A program made the position numbers and the translations under genes. Below, one piece after another: positions 10,455-23,150 of a DNA stretch of 64,000 nt. The stretch is from Callorhinchus milii. Its lineage: Eukaryota. Below the pieces are notes generated by a model that saw only the letters and a program-made list of their open reading frames with translations, did not search any database and was not told the origin of the DNA. Position 1 is the stretch's first letter. The number at the start of each line of letters is the position of its first letter. The stretch covers positions 12,276,001 through 12,340,000 of the forward strand of contig NW_024704745.1 of assembly GCF_018977255.1 (NCBI RefSeq). Direction: 5' to 3'.

Positions 10455-10670
10455 TCTATCAGTCTGGCGCAATCGTCGTCTCTCTTGCCTCTGAGTCAAA
10501 AGGTTGTGGGATTCCAGCTCCACGTTGGGAGTTTGAGCTCATAATCTAGGCCAGGGCTGGCTAACCTGCAGCCTTATTACACTGTGTAAAATAGTCATGC
10601 TGGCCCATGGTCTAGGTTGGCACTAGTGCGTTGCTGGGAGGATGTTGCATTGTTCGAGGAACACTACAAC
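10455..10670 (+). mobile_element. Old DeuSINE 5' fragment with a small internal insertion
   Basis: gcctctgagtcaaaaggttgtggg...gagctcataatctaggc head; insertion at about 10552-10609. Confidence 0.6.
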
Positions 10671-10708
10671 ACAATATGATCGAGCATGGGATGTGAGCTT
10701 GAGGGTGA

Positions 10709-11029
10709 ATAATAATAATAATAATAATCCTTGCATTTGATATAGCGCTTTTCACGTCAGGAGGACGTCCCAAAGCGCTTCACAGAACACACTGTAAAGT
10801 GAATTGACTGTATATTTGTGGGCGAACGCGGCAGCCAATTGCGCACAGCAATGTCCCACAAACAGTCGTAGATTGAAAATGACCAATTTATTATTGTTTT
10901 TGGTTTTTTGGAGGGATTATTATTAGGTGTGTGGAGTAAGGAAACTTGCCCAAGGTTTCGCCCTCTGCCTGGAATTGAACTCAGGTCTCTCACTTGCAAA
11001 GCGAGTGCTCTAACCACTGAGCTACAGGC
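10709..11029 (-). mobile_element. Young tRNA-Ala SINE, short form
   Basis: Full-length with CpGs intact; near-identical to the 52195-52526 copy. Confidence 0.92.
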
Positions 11030-11799
11030 TGAATCCAGGAGCAAGTGATGGATTATCGATCTGATTGTTCCTTTTCAGTTTTTTAATATAGATTTATAAT
11101 ATTTCATGTTAGCTATATATTTGCTCCCTAATATTAAACCTCTCCAAATTTGTACCACTTCTCAGTCGCAGTGAGCAAAATAGCAATGATTCTTCTTGTA
11201 GTGCCAGTTGTTCACCACTAGACACCAATGTTGCATTTCCGAAACTACCCAATATGATTGTAAGTTGTCATCGAGTCCTTCACAAAGTAATCTTTGAACA
11301 GCACCAGTGTGACACATGAAAGATTTTGTTTTCACATTGCGCTATTGCAAATTTCTGAAAGATGGTCAATATGTTCAGTAGATTTGTGTGGTACTGTGAC
11401 AACTGTTTCACCCACAAAATAAGAGTCAATTCCTCACTTTACAGTGTATTCTGTGAAGCGCTTTGAGAAGACGCAAAGACGTGATAAGGCACTTTATCAA
11501 ATGCAAGGATTATTACTCTTATTATTATTATTATTAATCAAATGCCCCATTTGAGCAATGGGATTTCAATGAAAGGAATATCGTTACAATAAAATTTCTG
11601 CGTACTGTTAAATATCAATTAACATTAATTCAAGCCCAAATATAAGATTTATTAGGTTCCATGAATTTAAATTAATTATTGGGTTCTTAATTTAATTGGA
11701 TATTATTTGATTTCACTGTATAATTCAATAATGTATCTGTTGACTCCTGAACATTCCAGATGTCGTGATGGTATTTTCTAACAGTAAAGTATTAGAGCT

Positions 11800-11960
11800 T
11801 TAAAGGTGTGAAATGTGACCTGTCCTTAGCCTGTCAGACTATTTTGTGGATTTGTGCAAAATTGGTCTCAATTTAGAAGCCGGTCCTTTATAAACCGGCT
11901 TCCAGATTAAGACTGTATTTAAGAATTTTCCACAATTCTGCACCATCTTAAGTTTGTAGA
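11800..11960. mobile_element. Palindromic MITE-like element (family Y)
   Basis: Central hairpin GAAGCCGGT(11876-84)/ACCGGCTTC(11894-902); the right arm gcttcca.attaagact...aagaattttccacaattctg recurs elsewhere in the window. Confidence 0.5.
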
Positions 11961-12059
11961 CGACTGTATGCATAAACCCTGATGGGGGAAATGGGGGTGT
12001 AGTGGCTGAAAGCACGGCTGCCGATGGTTGTGCGGAAGGGGCAAGGGACGAACAGGAGG

Positions 12060-12215
12060 CAAAAGGGATTAAGGGATATGGGGATAAGGCAGGGTTAGGT
12101 TATTAGCTGAAGTTAGATTAGAAGATCAACCATGATTGAATGGTGGGGCAGGCTCGAAGGGCCAAATGGCCTACTCCTGCTCCTACATGTTATGTTATGT
12201 TGTGTTGTGTTGTGT
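12060..12215 (+). mobile_element. CR1 (HER1-like) 3' tail
   Basis: gggattaagggatatggggataaggc...gaatggtggggcaggctcgaagggccaaatggcctactcctgctcct followed by (ttatg)n. Confidence 0.8.
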
Positions 12216-12334
12216 TATGTTATGAGGCAGAGCCGGCTTATCCGTTAAACGACTCATCCGAAGAACGACACTGCAATGCTTCCCCAGCATTGCGCTGAGT
12301 GTCCGCATAGCCTTCAATGTCAACACAATGTCAT

Positions 12335-13215
12335 AGAATTGTTCAGCACAAAAAGAGGCCATTCGGCCCATCGAGTTTGTGCCGGCTCTTTGAAAAGAGC
12401 AATGTAATGTCAATCCCACTCCCCAGCCCTTTCCCCATAACCCTGCAAACCCGTCCTCCTCAAATACCCGTCCACCGCGTTTTTAAAAGTAGTTATCGAA
12501 TCGGCCTCGACCACCCTTTCAGGCAATGCGTTCCAGATTCAAACAACTCGCTGAGTGAAAACATTTCTTCTCACCTCCCCTCTGCTTCCTTTAGATACTA
12601 TTTTGAATCTGTGACCTCGAGTCACCGACACACCCACCAGTGGAAACAGTTTTTCCCTTTCTAACCTATCAAATCCCCTCATGATTTTGAAGACCTCTAT
12701 TAGGTCTCCTTGTAACCTTCTCTGCTCCAATGAGAATAATCCCAGCCTCTCTAGCCTTCCTCATAATCGTCCCTCATTCCTGGTACCATCCTCGTAGATC
12801 TCCTCTGCACCTTTCCAATGCCTTAACATAGTGTGGTGCCCAGAACTGGGCGCAGTATTCTAACTGAGGCCTAACCAGTGTTTTATATAGGTTAATCATA
12901 ACCTCCTGACTCTCGTACTCTATGCCCCTATTTATAAAGCCTAGTATCCCATATGCTCTTATTACAGCTTTATATACCTGTCCTGCATCCTTCAAGGATT
13001 CATTTACCTGCACCCCCAGGTCTCTCTGTTCTTTTACCCCCCTTAAGATTGTATTATCAGCCTGTATTGCCTTCCCTCATTCTTTCTACCAAAATGCATT
13101 ACTTCGCATTTCTCCACATTGAAATTCATCTGCCATATGTCTGCCCATTTTACCATTCTGTCTATGTCTTCCTGCAGTTGGCTGCTATCCTTCTCACTGT
13201 TAACCACCGTACCTA
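12335..13215 (-). mobile_element. CR1 LINE, 5'-truncated, RT C-terminus plus 3' UTR
   Basis: Peptides LQEDIDRMVKWADIWQMNFNVEKCEVMHFG, LYKTLVRPQLEYCAQFWAPHY, RRLQGDLIEVFKIM...TRGH. Confidence 0.93.
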
Positions 13216-14071
13216 ACTTTGTGTTGTGTGTCTTGATGTGTGTCTTGAACCCACAATCCTCTGACTGTACTACTACAGAGGAAGTGGCCTTTATTACCCA
13301 GTGAATCTTCTTGAACAAACTGAATGTTGTACTATTTCTAGTTGCTGAATTCCTGCTTGGCTGGTTTGATATCCTACTGTGGTGATTTACTATGTTTATA
13401 GTTATGACCAATATGATAATGGCAAATGCTCTAGTTTTTTTAAAATATATTTATAAACATAATATTTAGTACAACAGAAATCCGAAACAAACACAAGATC
13501 TTCTGTTACAATTTTTCCCTTCCTCCCAAAACCAAAAAATCATTCCGTTGTTTACAGTACATTCCTTCACCGCACATGGGTTGTGCACACGTTTTTTGGG
13601 ATGATCCCTTTACAAACTATCACTTCTCTTACAGCTATTGGGGTAAAAATTCTGTTTAGCATTGCGTGTAGCACTTTTAGTTATGCATGATTCTGATGGC
13701 GAAATCCCAATAGTGGTTGACCATTACCAAAGATGATGTGCACAATTTTTACTCCACTACTTTAGATGTCATTTTGGAGGCTTTCTCTTTATCCCACACT
13801 TAATGCCGCTATTGTTTTACAAGGTAACTGTAGTTTCTCTTACCCACCTGTATTTTTCCACCAAATTTATAATAATAATAATAATCATTACAGTTGATAC
13901 AGTGCCTTATCACAGTTCTGGTGTAGAGACATCTCAAAACACTTCATAGGATATACTAGAAAGTGGTGTGACTGTCTATTTTTGCTGGCGAATTGTTTAA
14001 AACAGAAATGTTTTACATTTCAATAATGGCTCATTATAATAAAACCTGGACTAGTCTATAACACTGAAGCA

Positions 14072-14303
14072 CAGTGGAGGATTCACAATGGTGCTAATGG
14101 CCCCGGGGGGCCAGGCCCATGTTTAGCTGCGGGAAATTTCACAAGTGCCCCTGCGATTGACTGCCGAGTGCCCCGAAAATCGTCGCCCCTCGTTTTAGCT
14201 CACAATCCTGTCTGCCACTTGGCTCATTACTTATAAATAGAAATGAAAATGGGGGCCCACAAATCTCTTTGGCACCAGGCCCACAAAAGGTTAATCAGCC
14301 CTG
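14072..14303. mobile_element. Non-autonomous hAT (Tip100-like) MITE
   Basis: Ends cagtggaggattcaca / ggttaatcagccctg; subterminal gggggcccacaaa...ggcccacaaaag; flanks ctgaagca / ttgaaaca match at 6 of 8 positions (degenerate 8-bp TSD). Confidence 0.6.
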
Positions 14304-14307
14304 TTGA

Positions 14308-14665
14308 AACATAAGAACATAAAAAATGCTAGACGGAACAAATACCAAGGTCCATCTAGTTTGCCTCCCACCTTCCTAGCAGTCACATGCACATATGTAC
14401 TACCTATGTACTATATCCAATAATGTTATTTCCTAAAAGAAAACTATCTAATCTGTGTTTGAAAGAATCAACACTTCCTGCTTTAACCGTCTCCCTGGGG
14501 AGCCTGTTCCACAGGTTCACTATTTGCTCACTGAAACAGTGTTTGTGTAGATTTGTTCTAAATTTACCCCCCTTCAATCGCAGGCCGTGTCCTCTGGTTC
14601 TACTAATCTGGACATGTTGAAACAGCCTGTCATGGATCTACATTATCTAGTTCCTTTAGATCTTA
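14308..14665 (-). mobile_element. CR1 LINE 3' end (same subfamily as the 39.3-41 kb copy)
   Basis: aacataagaacat tail; ttatttcctaaaagaaa.ctatctaatctgtgtttgaaagaatcaacactt is shared with 39620-39670. Confidence 0.88.
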
Positions 14666-14974
14666 AAGACAGAATCTTAAAGAAGCATTTCAAAGCACTT
14701 CATAGGCAATAGCTGTAAAGTGCACAGGAACAAATCTCCTCAAATCTTTTTTGAAAAATGTGGATAGCCAGCTTCCAGATCAAGACTGAAATTAAGTGTC
14801 TTCTAAAATTCTGTACAAATTAAAATTTTAAGACAATGGTCTTAAGCGTAAGACATAAGGACAAAACTATGGGAAGTCTGGGGCCTATGATGCTTTCACA
14901 CCTCTGCTCAATGTTGAATGTATTGTTCTTCCTTTATTTTTCACTTCAAAGCGCTTCGTAGGCAACAGCATGGA

Positions 14975-16060
14975 TTGAACAATAGCTAACGGGAAGAAAA
15001 CAAAGAGTAGGGATAAACTGGTCCTTCTCAGATTGGCGGGATGTGACTGGTGGAGTGCCACAAGGATCAGTGCTTGGGCCTCAACTATCTACAATCTACA
15101 TCAACGATCTCGATGAGGACATCGAACTTAATATATCCAAATTCACGGATGACACTAAACTAGGAGGGAGAGTAAACACCGAAGATGACATTAAAAAAAT
15201 GCAATGAGATATAGATAGGCTAGGGAGTGGGCAAATAGGTGGCAGATGAAGTATAATTTAGGGAAGTGTGAAGTCATCCACCTAGGTGGCAAAAACAGTA
15301 GAGCAGATTATGTTTTAGAAGGGAAGAGACTCGATAGTGTTAGCGTTCAGAGGGACTTGGGTGTCCTTGTACACCAGTCACAAAAAGTTAGTATTGCAGG
15401 TACAGCAAGCAATTAGGAAGGCTAACGGTATGTTGGCATTTGTTACAAAAGGGTTAGAATATAAGAGTAGAGAAGTCTTGCTGCAACTGTATGGGGCCCT
15501 GGTGAGTACCTAGAGTATTGTGTGCAGTTTTGGTCTACTTATTTAAGAAAGGATGTACTCCCCTTGGAGTGGGTACAACGTAGATTCACTAGGTTGGTAC
15601 CTGGGATAAGGGTGATGAGTAATGAGGATAGGTTGAGCAAATTAGGCCTATATTCTCTAGGATATAGAAGAATGAGAGGTGATCTTATAGAAACCTATAA
15701 GATTATTAAGGGGCATAACAGAATAGATAGTGGGAGACTTTTTCCCCTGGTTGGAGAAACTATAACCAGGGGTCACAGTCTTAAAATTCGGGGTAAGCCC
15801 TTTCGCACTGAGTTGAGGAAAAACTACTTCACTCAGAGGGTAGTGAATTTATGAAATTCTCTACCCCAAAGGGCTGTAGATGCTCAGTCCGTGAACATAT
15901 TCAAGACTGAGATTGATAGATTTCTTGTGGATAAAGAGATTAAGAGATATGGGGATAAGGTGGTAGGTGGAGTTAGAATAGATCAGCCATGATCTTATTG
16001 AATGGCAGGGCAGGCTCGAGGGGCCGAATGGCCTACTCCTGCACCTAATTCTTATGTTCC
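14975..16060 (+). mobile_element. CR1 (HER1-like) LINE, 5'-truncated, about 1.1 kb
   Basis: RT motif GVPQGSVLGPQL..IYINDL, FTDDTKLG, C-terminal RRMRGDLIETYKII...TRGHSLK, and tail gagggccgaatggcctactcctgc...ttcttatgttc. Confidence 0.95.
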
Positions 16061-16686
16061 TTTATTCTTATCTGTTTTTGCATAATTTTGTGTTTACAGA
16101 GATGCTAAATAAGCAATTATTGAAATGATAACATGCTTAATGAACTGGGTCTATTGGCAAATTCTCTCATGAATAATTAGTATATTTTAATTGCTAAAAA
16201 ACTGGCTAATGCAATTGACTTTGTAATAAAAGTTGCTCTTTTGCTCGCAGAGAGGTAAGTAAGGTAATTATTTGATTAATGAGCCAATTTGGTGAAGATT
16301 TTCCCTGAGGCTTCATTAACCATGTCTCTCTAGATTCTGTGAAATTGCACTCAATATGTACATTAATGTGTTTCCAATGATAAAATTGCTGATACTATTT
16401 CATCAGAATACTGATATTTTACATTTTCTCGCTATGAAATGACTGAAGTATTTATTAATTTAGTAAACCATTCAGATTCATTAAGCTTAAAAAGTGCAAT
16501 TTTAAAAAAATAAGTGGGAAGGTAATAGAGAGGTATGGGAGGGGGGATTAGGAGGGGTGGAGTCTCATATGGAGTACAAATACTGGTACAGACTAATTGG
16601 TCTGAATGGCCTATTTCTGTGCTGTAACAGTCTATGTAATTCAATGTTAGCCAAAGAATGTTGAGAAAATACCACATCATCTCTTG

Positions 16687-16765
16687 TCACTGAGAGATCA
16701 GAGAGGTGAGAGGTCCAGTCCATATCACTGAGTGATCAGTCAGGTGAGAGGTTCAGTCTGTGTCA
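16687..16765. repeat. Imperfect tandem duplication, about 38 bp
   Basis: tcactgagagatcagagaggtgagaggtccagtc / tcactgagtgatcagtcaggtgagaggttcagtc. Confidence 0.65.
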
Positions 16766-17574
16766 GAGAGCTGACATGTCAGTGATCCTCAATGCCTGTC
16801 ATAGGGAGGGTGGTGTATTGCTTTCGCTCCCCTGACTCGGTCCCTGGCAATCACAAAGTGATTACGAAGCCTGATTACTGAACTGAGTAGGAATCTGATG
16901 GGTCTTAAAATTGCCTTTATTTGATAAATGAATGCGATTGTAATCTTTCCAGGGAATATTATTATTTACCACAGATGGTACATGTTTTCCATGTATTTGC
17001 TATAGAGCAGACATAATTCTGGGAAATATCACCCAAAGGCTTTACTAAATATCTTTGCAGATTTCACTGAGCTCGCTTGGCAGAGCAGACTGAACATCTT
17101 TCTTGAACAATGTGGCTGCTCCCCCTTCCTGCCTGTGAGACTCCTGCTGTACACCTCATGTTCCCAAAGGTAACCAACATGTGGTAAAACACTAATTCCC
17201 CTCTCATATATAGTAGCACGATCTCCTTAGTATTCAATAATCCTTGCCTTAGCAGCTGCTTATATTATTGTGCCAGAACATTATTGACTGACCTACCTTT
17301 CTAATTCTGGTACTTAAAATAGACCTTCCATTCCAGCTCGCTATAATTGAAATTGCTGAGTTTTCTTTCAGTGGATTAATGGATTCTTCCACTGCTGCAG
17401 CCTTTTCAAATATTTTTTTTAATACCTGATTGAGTTGCTTCAGTGCTCGACTGGTGGACAACAGCAGTGCTGCTGGGCACCTATTATTCAGGGGAGGTTG
17501 TACTTCACTTTTATAATGTGGATTTGAGTTTCCAATCTCTCCTCCTCTTCTGTGCATCTCTTTTATCAACTTCT

Positions 17575-18393
17575 TGCATCATTAATAATAATAATATTAC
17601 TTATTATGTCCTTGCATTTAGTATACCGCCTTTCACATCAGGAAGATATCCCAGAGCTTTTCACAGGATTTCTTGTGAAGTGGAGTGATTGTGTATTTGT
17701 AGGCGAACTCGACAAATTGTACCCAAATGTGCCCAGTAATAATAATAATAATAATAATCCTTGCATTTGATATAGCACTTTTCACGTCGGGAGGACGTCC
17801 CAAAGCACTTCACAGAACACACTGTAAAGTGAATTGACTGTATATTTGTGGGCGAACGTGGCAGCCAATTGCGCACAGCAATGTCCCACAAACAGTCGTA
17901 GATTGAAAATGACCAATTTTATTATTGTTTTGTTTTTTTGGAGGGATTATTATTAGGCGTGTGGAGTAAGGAAACTTGCCCAAGGTTTCGCCCTGTCTGG
18001 AATTGAACTTGGGTCTCTCGCTCCCCCTTCCTCGCTCCCCCTTCCTGCAAAGCGAGTGCTCTAACCACTGAGCTACAGGACAATAATGTCCCACAAACAG
18101 CCATGGTGTGAGTGACCAATTTTATTTGGAGGATTGTTGGCCGGGACATCAGGCAAAGCTCCCTTCTCTTTTCAAATGATGCCATGGGATCTTTAACATT
18201 CACCTGAACAGACAGACAGCACCTCGGTTTAACATCCCATCCGAAGGACAGCACCTCTGACAATGCAACACCTACCCTAGTGTTGCACTGGAGAGTCAGC
18301 TGAGACAATGTTAGTTCATATCCCTACTTGAGGCTTCAACCCACAACCTTCTGACTCAGAAGTGAGAATGCTATCACTGAGCCAGACTGACAC
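17575..18393 (-). mobile_element. Old DeuSINE interrupted by a young SINE
   Basis: Tail at 17575-17735; Deu body and head at 18082-18393. Confidence 0.8.
17738..18081 (-). mobile_element. Young tRNA SINE nested in the old DeuSINE
   Basis: Full-length short form; anticodon arm carries a ctcgctcccccttc x2 insertion. Confidence 0.92.
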
Positions 18394-21300
18394 ACTGACT
18401 GTTGTGTAACAAACTGCCTGTCTCAACGCACTCTTCAAAATACACCAATGATCAGTCACAGCAACAACTTACTTGTCTCCCTGCAGCAAACTGTCAACTT
18501 GCTATCTTTCTGATCGCAATCTGTCTTCTTTTACCCTGCTCCTTTCAATAATCTCCAAGCCTCACTGCTTCTTGTATATACAGTATGTCTTTGAGTCTCT
18601 CGTGAATTGTACTCTCTCTTTCAGTGCGTTTTTCCACCACCCCAGTCTACCTAGTGTCTAATGATAACTAACAGGCTCGCTTGAAATTAAGATTGAATTT
18701 AAGAATTTTTTTCAATTCTGTGCAATTGTAAATTTTAACACTAAATGGTATCAGATAGACTAAGTGCTAAGATAGGTAGAATTTGGGGCCTATTTTTCCT
18801 TGCACTTGAAATGACGTCCACAGAATGACTCGTAACTACCCTCATTTATAACGCGGGTAAAATTTTCTGGATCTCAACAACAGTGATCTAATGGCATTTC
18901 CTGTAGGTGACAGTGAATTGAAACAGTGCTGAAACAGCAGAGAGTGAAAAGGCATTTCTGGGAAAGGCGGTAACTGTATTTGTTTCTGATACTACTGCTC
19001 TGAGAAACACAAGTGTCCCAGACGAGGTGAGAGACCTGCAGGATTTATTGCCTGGTGTAACAAGTGCCTTCCACCACAATCAGATGTTTTACAGCTAAGT
19101 AGAGAGTGTAATAGCCTTTGATAAGAGAGACCTCAAAGGGACAGTTTGTTGAAACCTTATATTTTTCTTAATATTGAAAAAAGCTTGACGATTTTTTTGT
19201 AGTGAATGAGTTATTTAGTTTAACAAGTGGATGAGCACTTATTGTTTCATTTATTTTGTAAAGTGAAGAATGAATTATAACTTTTTCTGTCATATTTTGT
19301 AAATGAGGGATTTATTTGACCATTATTTGTTTCTACTTATGGCTTTTCAAGATATTTTTCACTGGAGTGAAACACCTACTTATCTCAATACACCTTGGAA
19401 TCCTGATGGAATTTAAAACCACTGTTCATATTATGGAGCCTAATTATGTGTAGCAATCTCAGCTATAATTAGTGAACAATTGTGCACAACTTGGCAGCGC
19501 ATTGCTGATAAGGGAGATCTTGCCAAGAACACTTATCTTGCTAAGAACTATTTTGTTGTTTGTCGTCACTTGATATTTGCCATTACCTTAGGAATATGTC
19601 ATGATTTTGTGTCCATACGTTCCTTGAAGTGATGGAAAATATTTAAGGGTTAGAAATAAATAATTTGTTCACTCAATCCACGACTGTTTGTGTTCAATTG
19701 ACTGCTGCGTTTCTCCCACAAAATAGACAGTCAATTCACCTTACAGTATATTCTGTGAAGCTCTTTGAGATGTCTCAAAGATGTGATAAGGTGCTATATC
19801 AAAGGCAAGGATTATTATTATTATCATTATGTGCGGATTATTTTCTGAGGACCAGAAAACAAATCACCACTAGAGGGTAGGATTTGCATTGGATTGTGTT
19901 GTGTGGTTTTACAAGTTTCTCAGCATCAACCCACATTACCGCAAACTGAATGAAGACAAATGGTGTTTATCTGCTGTGCTTTTAGCTTCTAACCAACCCT
20001 ATCGCTCTAGAGACATCTATTATGTATGCAATTAGAAAAATCAAAGTCGAGACGACATTTAAATAGGAATACAAAAAAATTATATTTAAAAGATTGGAAA
20101 AAAAAGTCCTTAAACAGGTTAACTACCTTGTGTTAGCACCTGAAACAGACGAGCAGGATTCAGATTTTTGGGGGATAAAGTTTTGTTTTTAAGCAAACTG
20201 TTGCTTTGTGAGTGAATTTATAAATCCCAGTATTGTATGAAGTTGTGGAATTTCAGACAACATGTACTTAATAATGATAATAATAATCGTTGTATTTGAT
20301 ATAACGCCTTACCATGTCGTTGAGACATCTCAAAATGGTTCACAGAACACACTGCAAAGTGAATTGACTGTATATTTTGTGGGTGAAATATACGATTTAT
20401 CCAAATCTCTGTTGTTTCTAGTACAACAACAGCAATACTTTGCATTTGTATAGTTTCCTTGATGCGGGATGGTGTCTAAGAGAGCCTAATACTCTTTAGG
20501 ACACAGGGTTAAAAGAATATTCTCTACAAATCCTGTTGATATACCCCATTGTTCTTTGTCCTGTTAACAACAGGCTTGTATTGGGTAGATGTTTTGCAGC
20601 TGCTTCATTTCCTGGATCTGTCGCTGCTCCTGTTTTGAATAGCGAACTAACTCCAGACAGAGCAGGAGGGCAATTTATTTCTATATTGGAAAAGAGCATT
20701 TTGTTGCCACATCTTACTTGGCATAAATCACAATTCCCGAGAAGCAGGAAGAATAAAGAGAGTACAGGGCACTGCTCAGGTATAAGCTGGATACTTTATC
20801 ATAACCGCTCAATAAAGATTGCATTCAATCGTAAGATGACAGTCGCTCTGATAGTCAGCGAGCAGCCACAGATGGAGAGCATCAAATGACAAACACTGAG
20901 GTCAACAACATGGAGTTTGTGTGAGGGAGGGTGAATCAACCTTTTCAACAAATATATAAATAAAATTCAAATGCAATGTATTGATGCATAATAATAGTGT
21001 CAAACACTATGGTGACATTCACCATCTGCGCTCACACTTGACAAATGCCCATATAAGTGAGATATTGGGATGATAATGCCTGCAAGCTACCCGCAGAACA
21101 TCTAGAACAGCTGTCAGTGCCTAAGGCAAAAGGAAAAGAGGAAAGTGGATTTTTTAAAAAAAAAACAATTGCTTCTTTATTGCTTTTGCTGCTAAGTACT
21201 GCTACTGATAGCTACTTTCCTCCAGCGTTCCTTCCTTGATAATGGATTCTTTTTGAAATATTTGTTTTAAATGGTTTTAAAAATAGACCTGATTGGACCT

Positions 21301-21409
21301 CCTGTGTGGATCTTTGTTAGTGTTCATTTGAACAGTGATGTCAAGCCACGCAACTGTTCAATGCATTTGGTTTTGGGAAAAGGAGGTGAGATTTTTGGGG
21401 TTTGTTTTT

Positions 21410-21920
21410 TGTGGTTTGTTTTTTTGGTCCGCTGGGTGTCTGACACATGTGGAAACCCATCACCATGCTTAAGAGTTTCCAAACCAAGCTGAGATTTCAA
21501 TGCATCCCACCAACACATGGACAGTATTAGGCGCAGTTTGGCAAGAGCCAAGGCTTGGGGACCTCAAAGTGTGCGTAGGGGTACTGCTGGAGTCTAACCA
21601 GCTAAAACCACATAGCTTGCTCACTGACATTGCTGTCTGGCAAACTTTCCTGCTTATCCAGCTAGGACAACCCTACCCCTTAGGGCTTTAGCTTGCAAGG
21701 TTAACAGGAGCTTTGTGGAATGACTCCTTGCCCCCAGTGACTGGTCTGCCCTTCCAGGTCCTGCCGATGAGCCACGCTGAGCTGTGCTGTCATCAGCAGT
21801 GCCCTGGAATACTGCGGACTTGCCTGGCTCAGGAACTCAGCAACAGAGGGCTGGCTTGATTCCAGCATTTCATTGCCAGGAATGTCACCTGGAAGCCAGT
21901 TCAGCTGCAAGGGGACCCCA
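21410..21920 (-). mobile_element. Unclassified interspersed repeat (family X), long copy
   Basis: Reverse complement matches 5580-5995 and 30410-30790; A-rich tail (T-rich on +) at about 21395-21425. Confidence 0.78.
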
Positions 21921-22559
21921 CTTACCTCCTCCTCAAGGAGGATATCGAGTTTTCTCTGATACTTTATTAGATCACACCCCTTAATACCCTTATTCCTATA
22001 CATCTATCTTTCTACCTCCCTTTTGACATAAAATTTTTAACTAAGTATTTAAACACTTCACACTTCTGAAAGGGATGAGTGACGAAATGTCACAAGCCTA
22101 AACGTTCAGATTCTGATGATTTCTGATGGAAGTTGTAACAAGCATGAATTTTTAATGTGTTTTTCTTATAGGATCAACGAGGGCTAATTGATGGTTAGAT
22201 GCAAAGATCAGATTGCATGTCTGGCTTGAGTTTAAACTGCAGTGCATTTGACCCCAGCCTGGCAAGAAATCATCTCCCTGAAAGAGTAGTATTTCTGTGC
22301 CAGTATAACTTCATGATGTTCAATTCAGCAAGGCTTATGCTGCCAAGTTCATCTAAGAGTGCAGTCGGTGTTGAATTTATTCTGGCATAAACTTGGCCAC
22401 GGAGAAAGGGTGTTAACTTTCCATGTATTTCAATCAGCTGCGAACCGTGCATAATGAATCTGGCGTCTTAATGTTGCCACCGATTTCTTCAACCCATTAA
22501 CAATGACTGAAACTCAGTAAGTGGAAAAATGTCCACATTTCCCCCTCTGTATATAAAAG

Positions 22560-22865
22560 CATAATGTGCTTTAGGAGAACAAGGCAGTGTATTGAATGCA
22601 GACTGTTTAACAGCTTGATATGGCAGGATGGTGGTGCATCAAATGTGCTGTGGGTATCTAGGAATGACAGGACCAGTGTATTAAATGTAGGCTCTTAAGA
22701 CAGCCAAATACAGTAGGGTGATGCTGCATCAATGTGCTGTGGCAAGCTAGGAACAAGAGTGCCTGAGTATTAAATGTGGGTACTTAGACTATCCCATATA
22801 GCAGGAAGGTGGTGATTCAATGTGCTGTGGGAAACTTGGAGTAAGAAGCGTATTAAATGCAGACT
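22560..22865. repeat. Degenerate minisatellite, about 89 bp unit, 3.5 copies
   Basis: gtatt(g/a)aatg at 22589, 22678, 22767 and 22850; each unit also contains tcaatgtgctgtgg...ctagga. Confidence 0.8.
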
Positions 22866-23150
22866 GATCTAATCCCAATTTCCTGCTCTTTCCCTGCACC
22901 CGTATCTTTTTTAAATACTTAACCAACTTCCTTTTAAAAGTCTTCATGGCCCTTACTATAATAGCTACTTCTGACAATACTTTCCATAATAATAATAACA
23001 CTCTAATAACACACCTCATGAAAAAGATCCTTTTAACCTCCTTTTTAACTCTTCCAGTGACAATCTTACAACCCACCACCCCGCTTCTTACCAATTCACC
23101 AAACAGCAGGAGTAATCTTTCGATCCTATTAAAACATCCCTCTTACTGAG
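22865..23150 (-). mobile_element. CR1 LINE 3' fragment, degraded
   Basis: Minus-strand peptide KRIFFMRCVIRV...KTFKRKLVKYLKK, CR1 C-terminal style. Confidence 0.65.

Noticed and set aside
22560-22865. CRISPR-like spaced repeat
   Set aside because: Vertebrate DNA; the 'spacers' are mutually similar and there are no cas genes, so it is a minisatellite.
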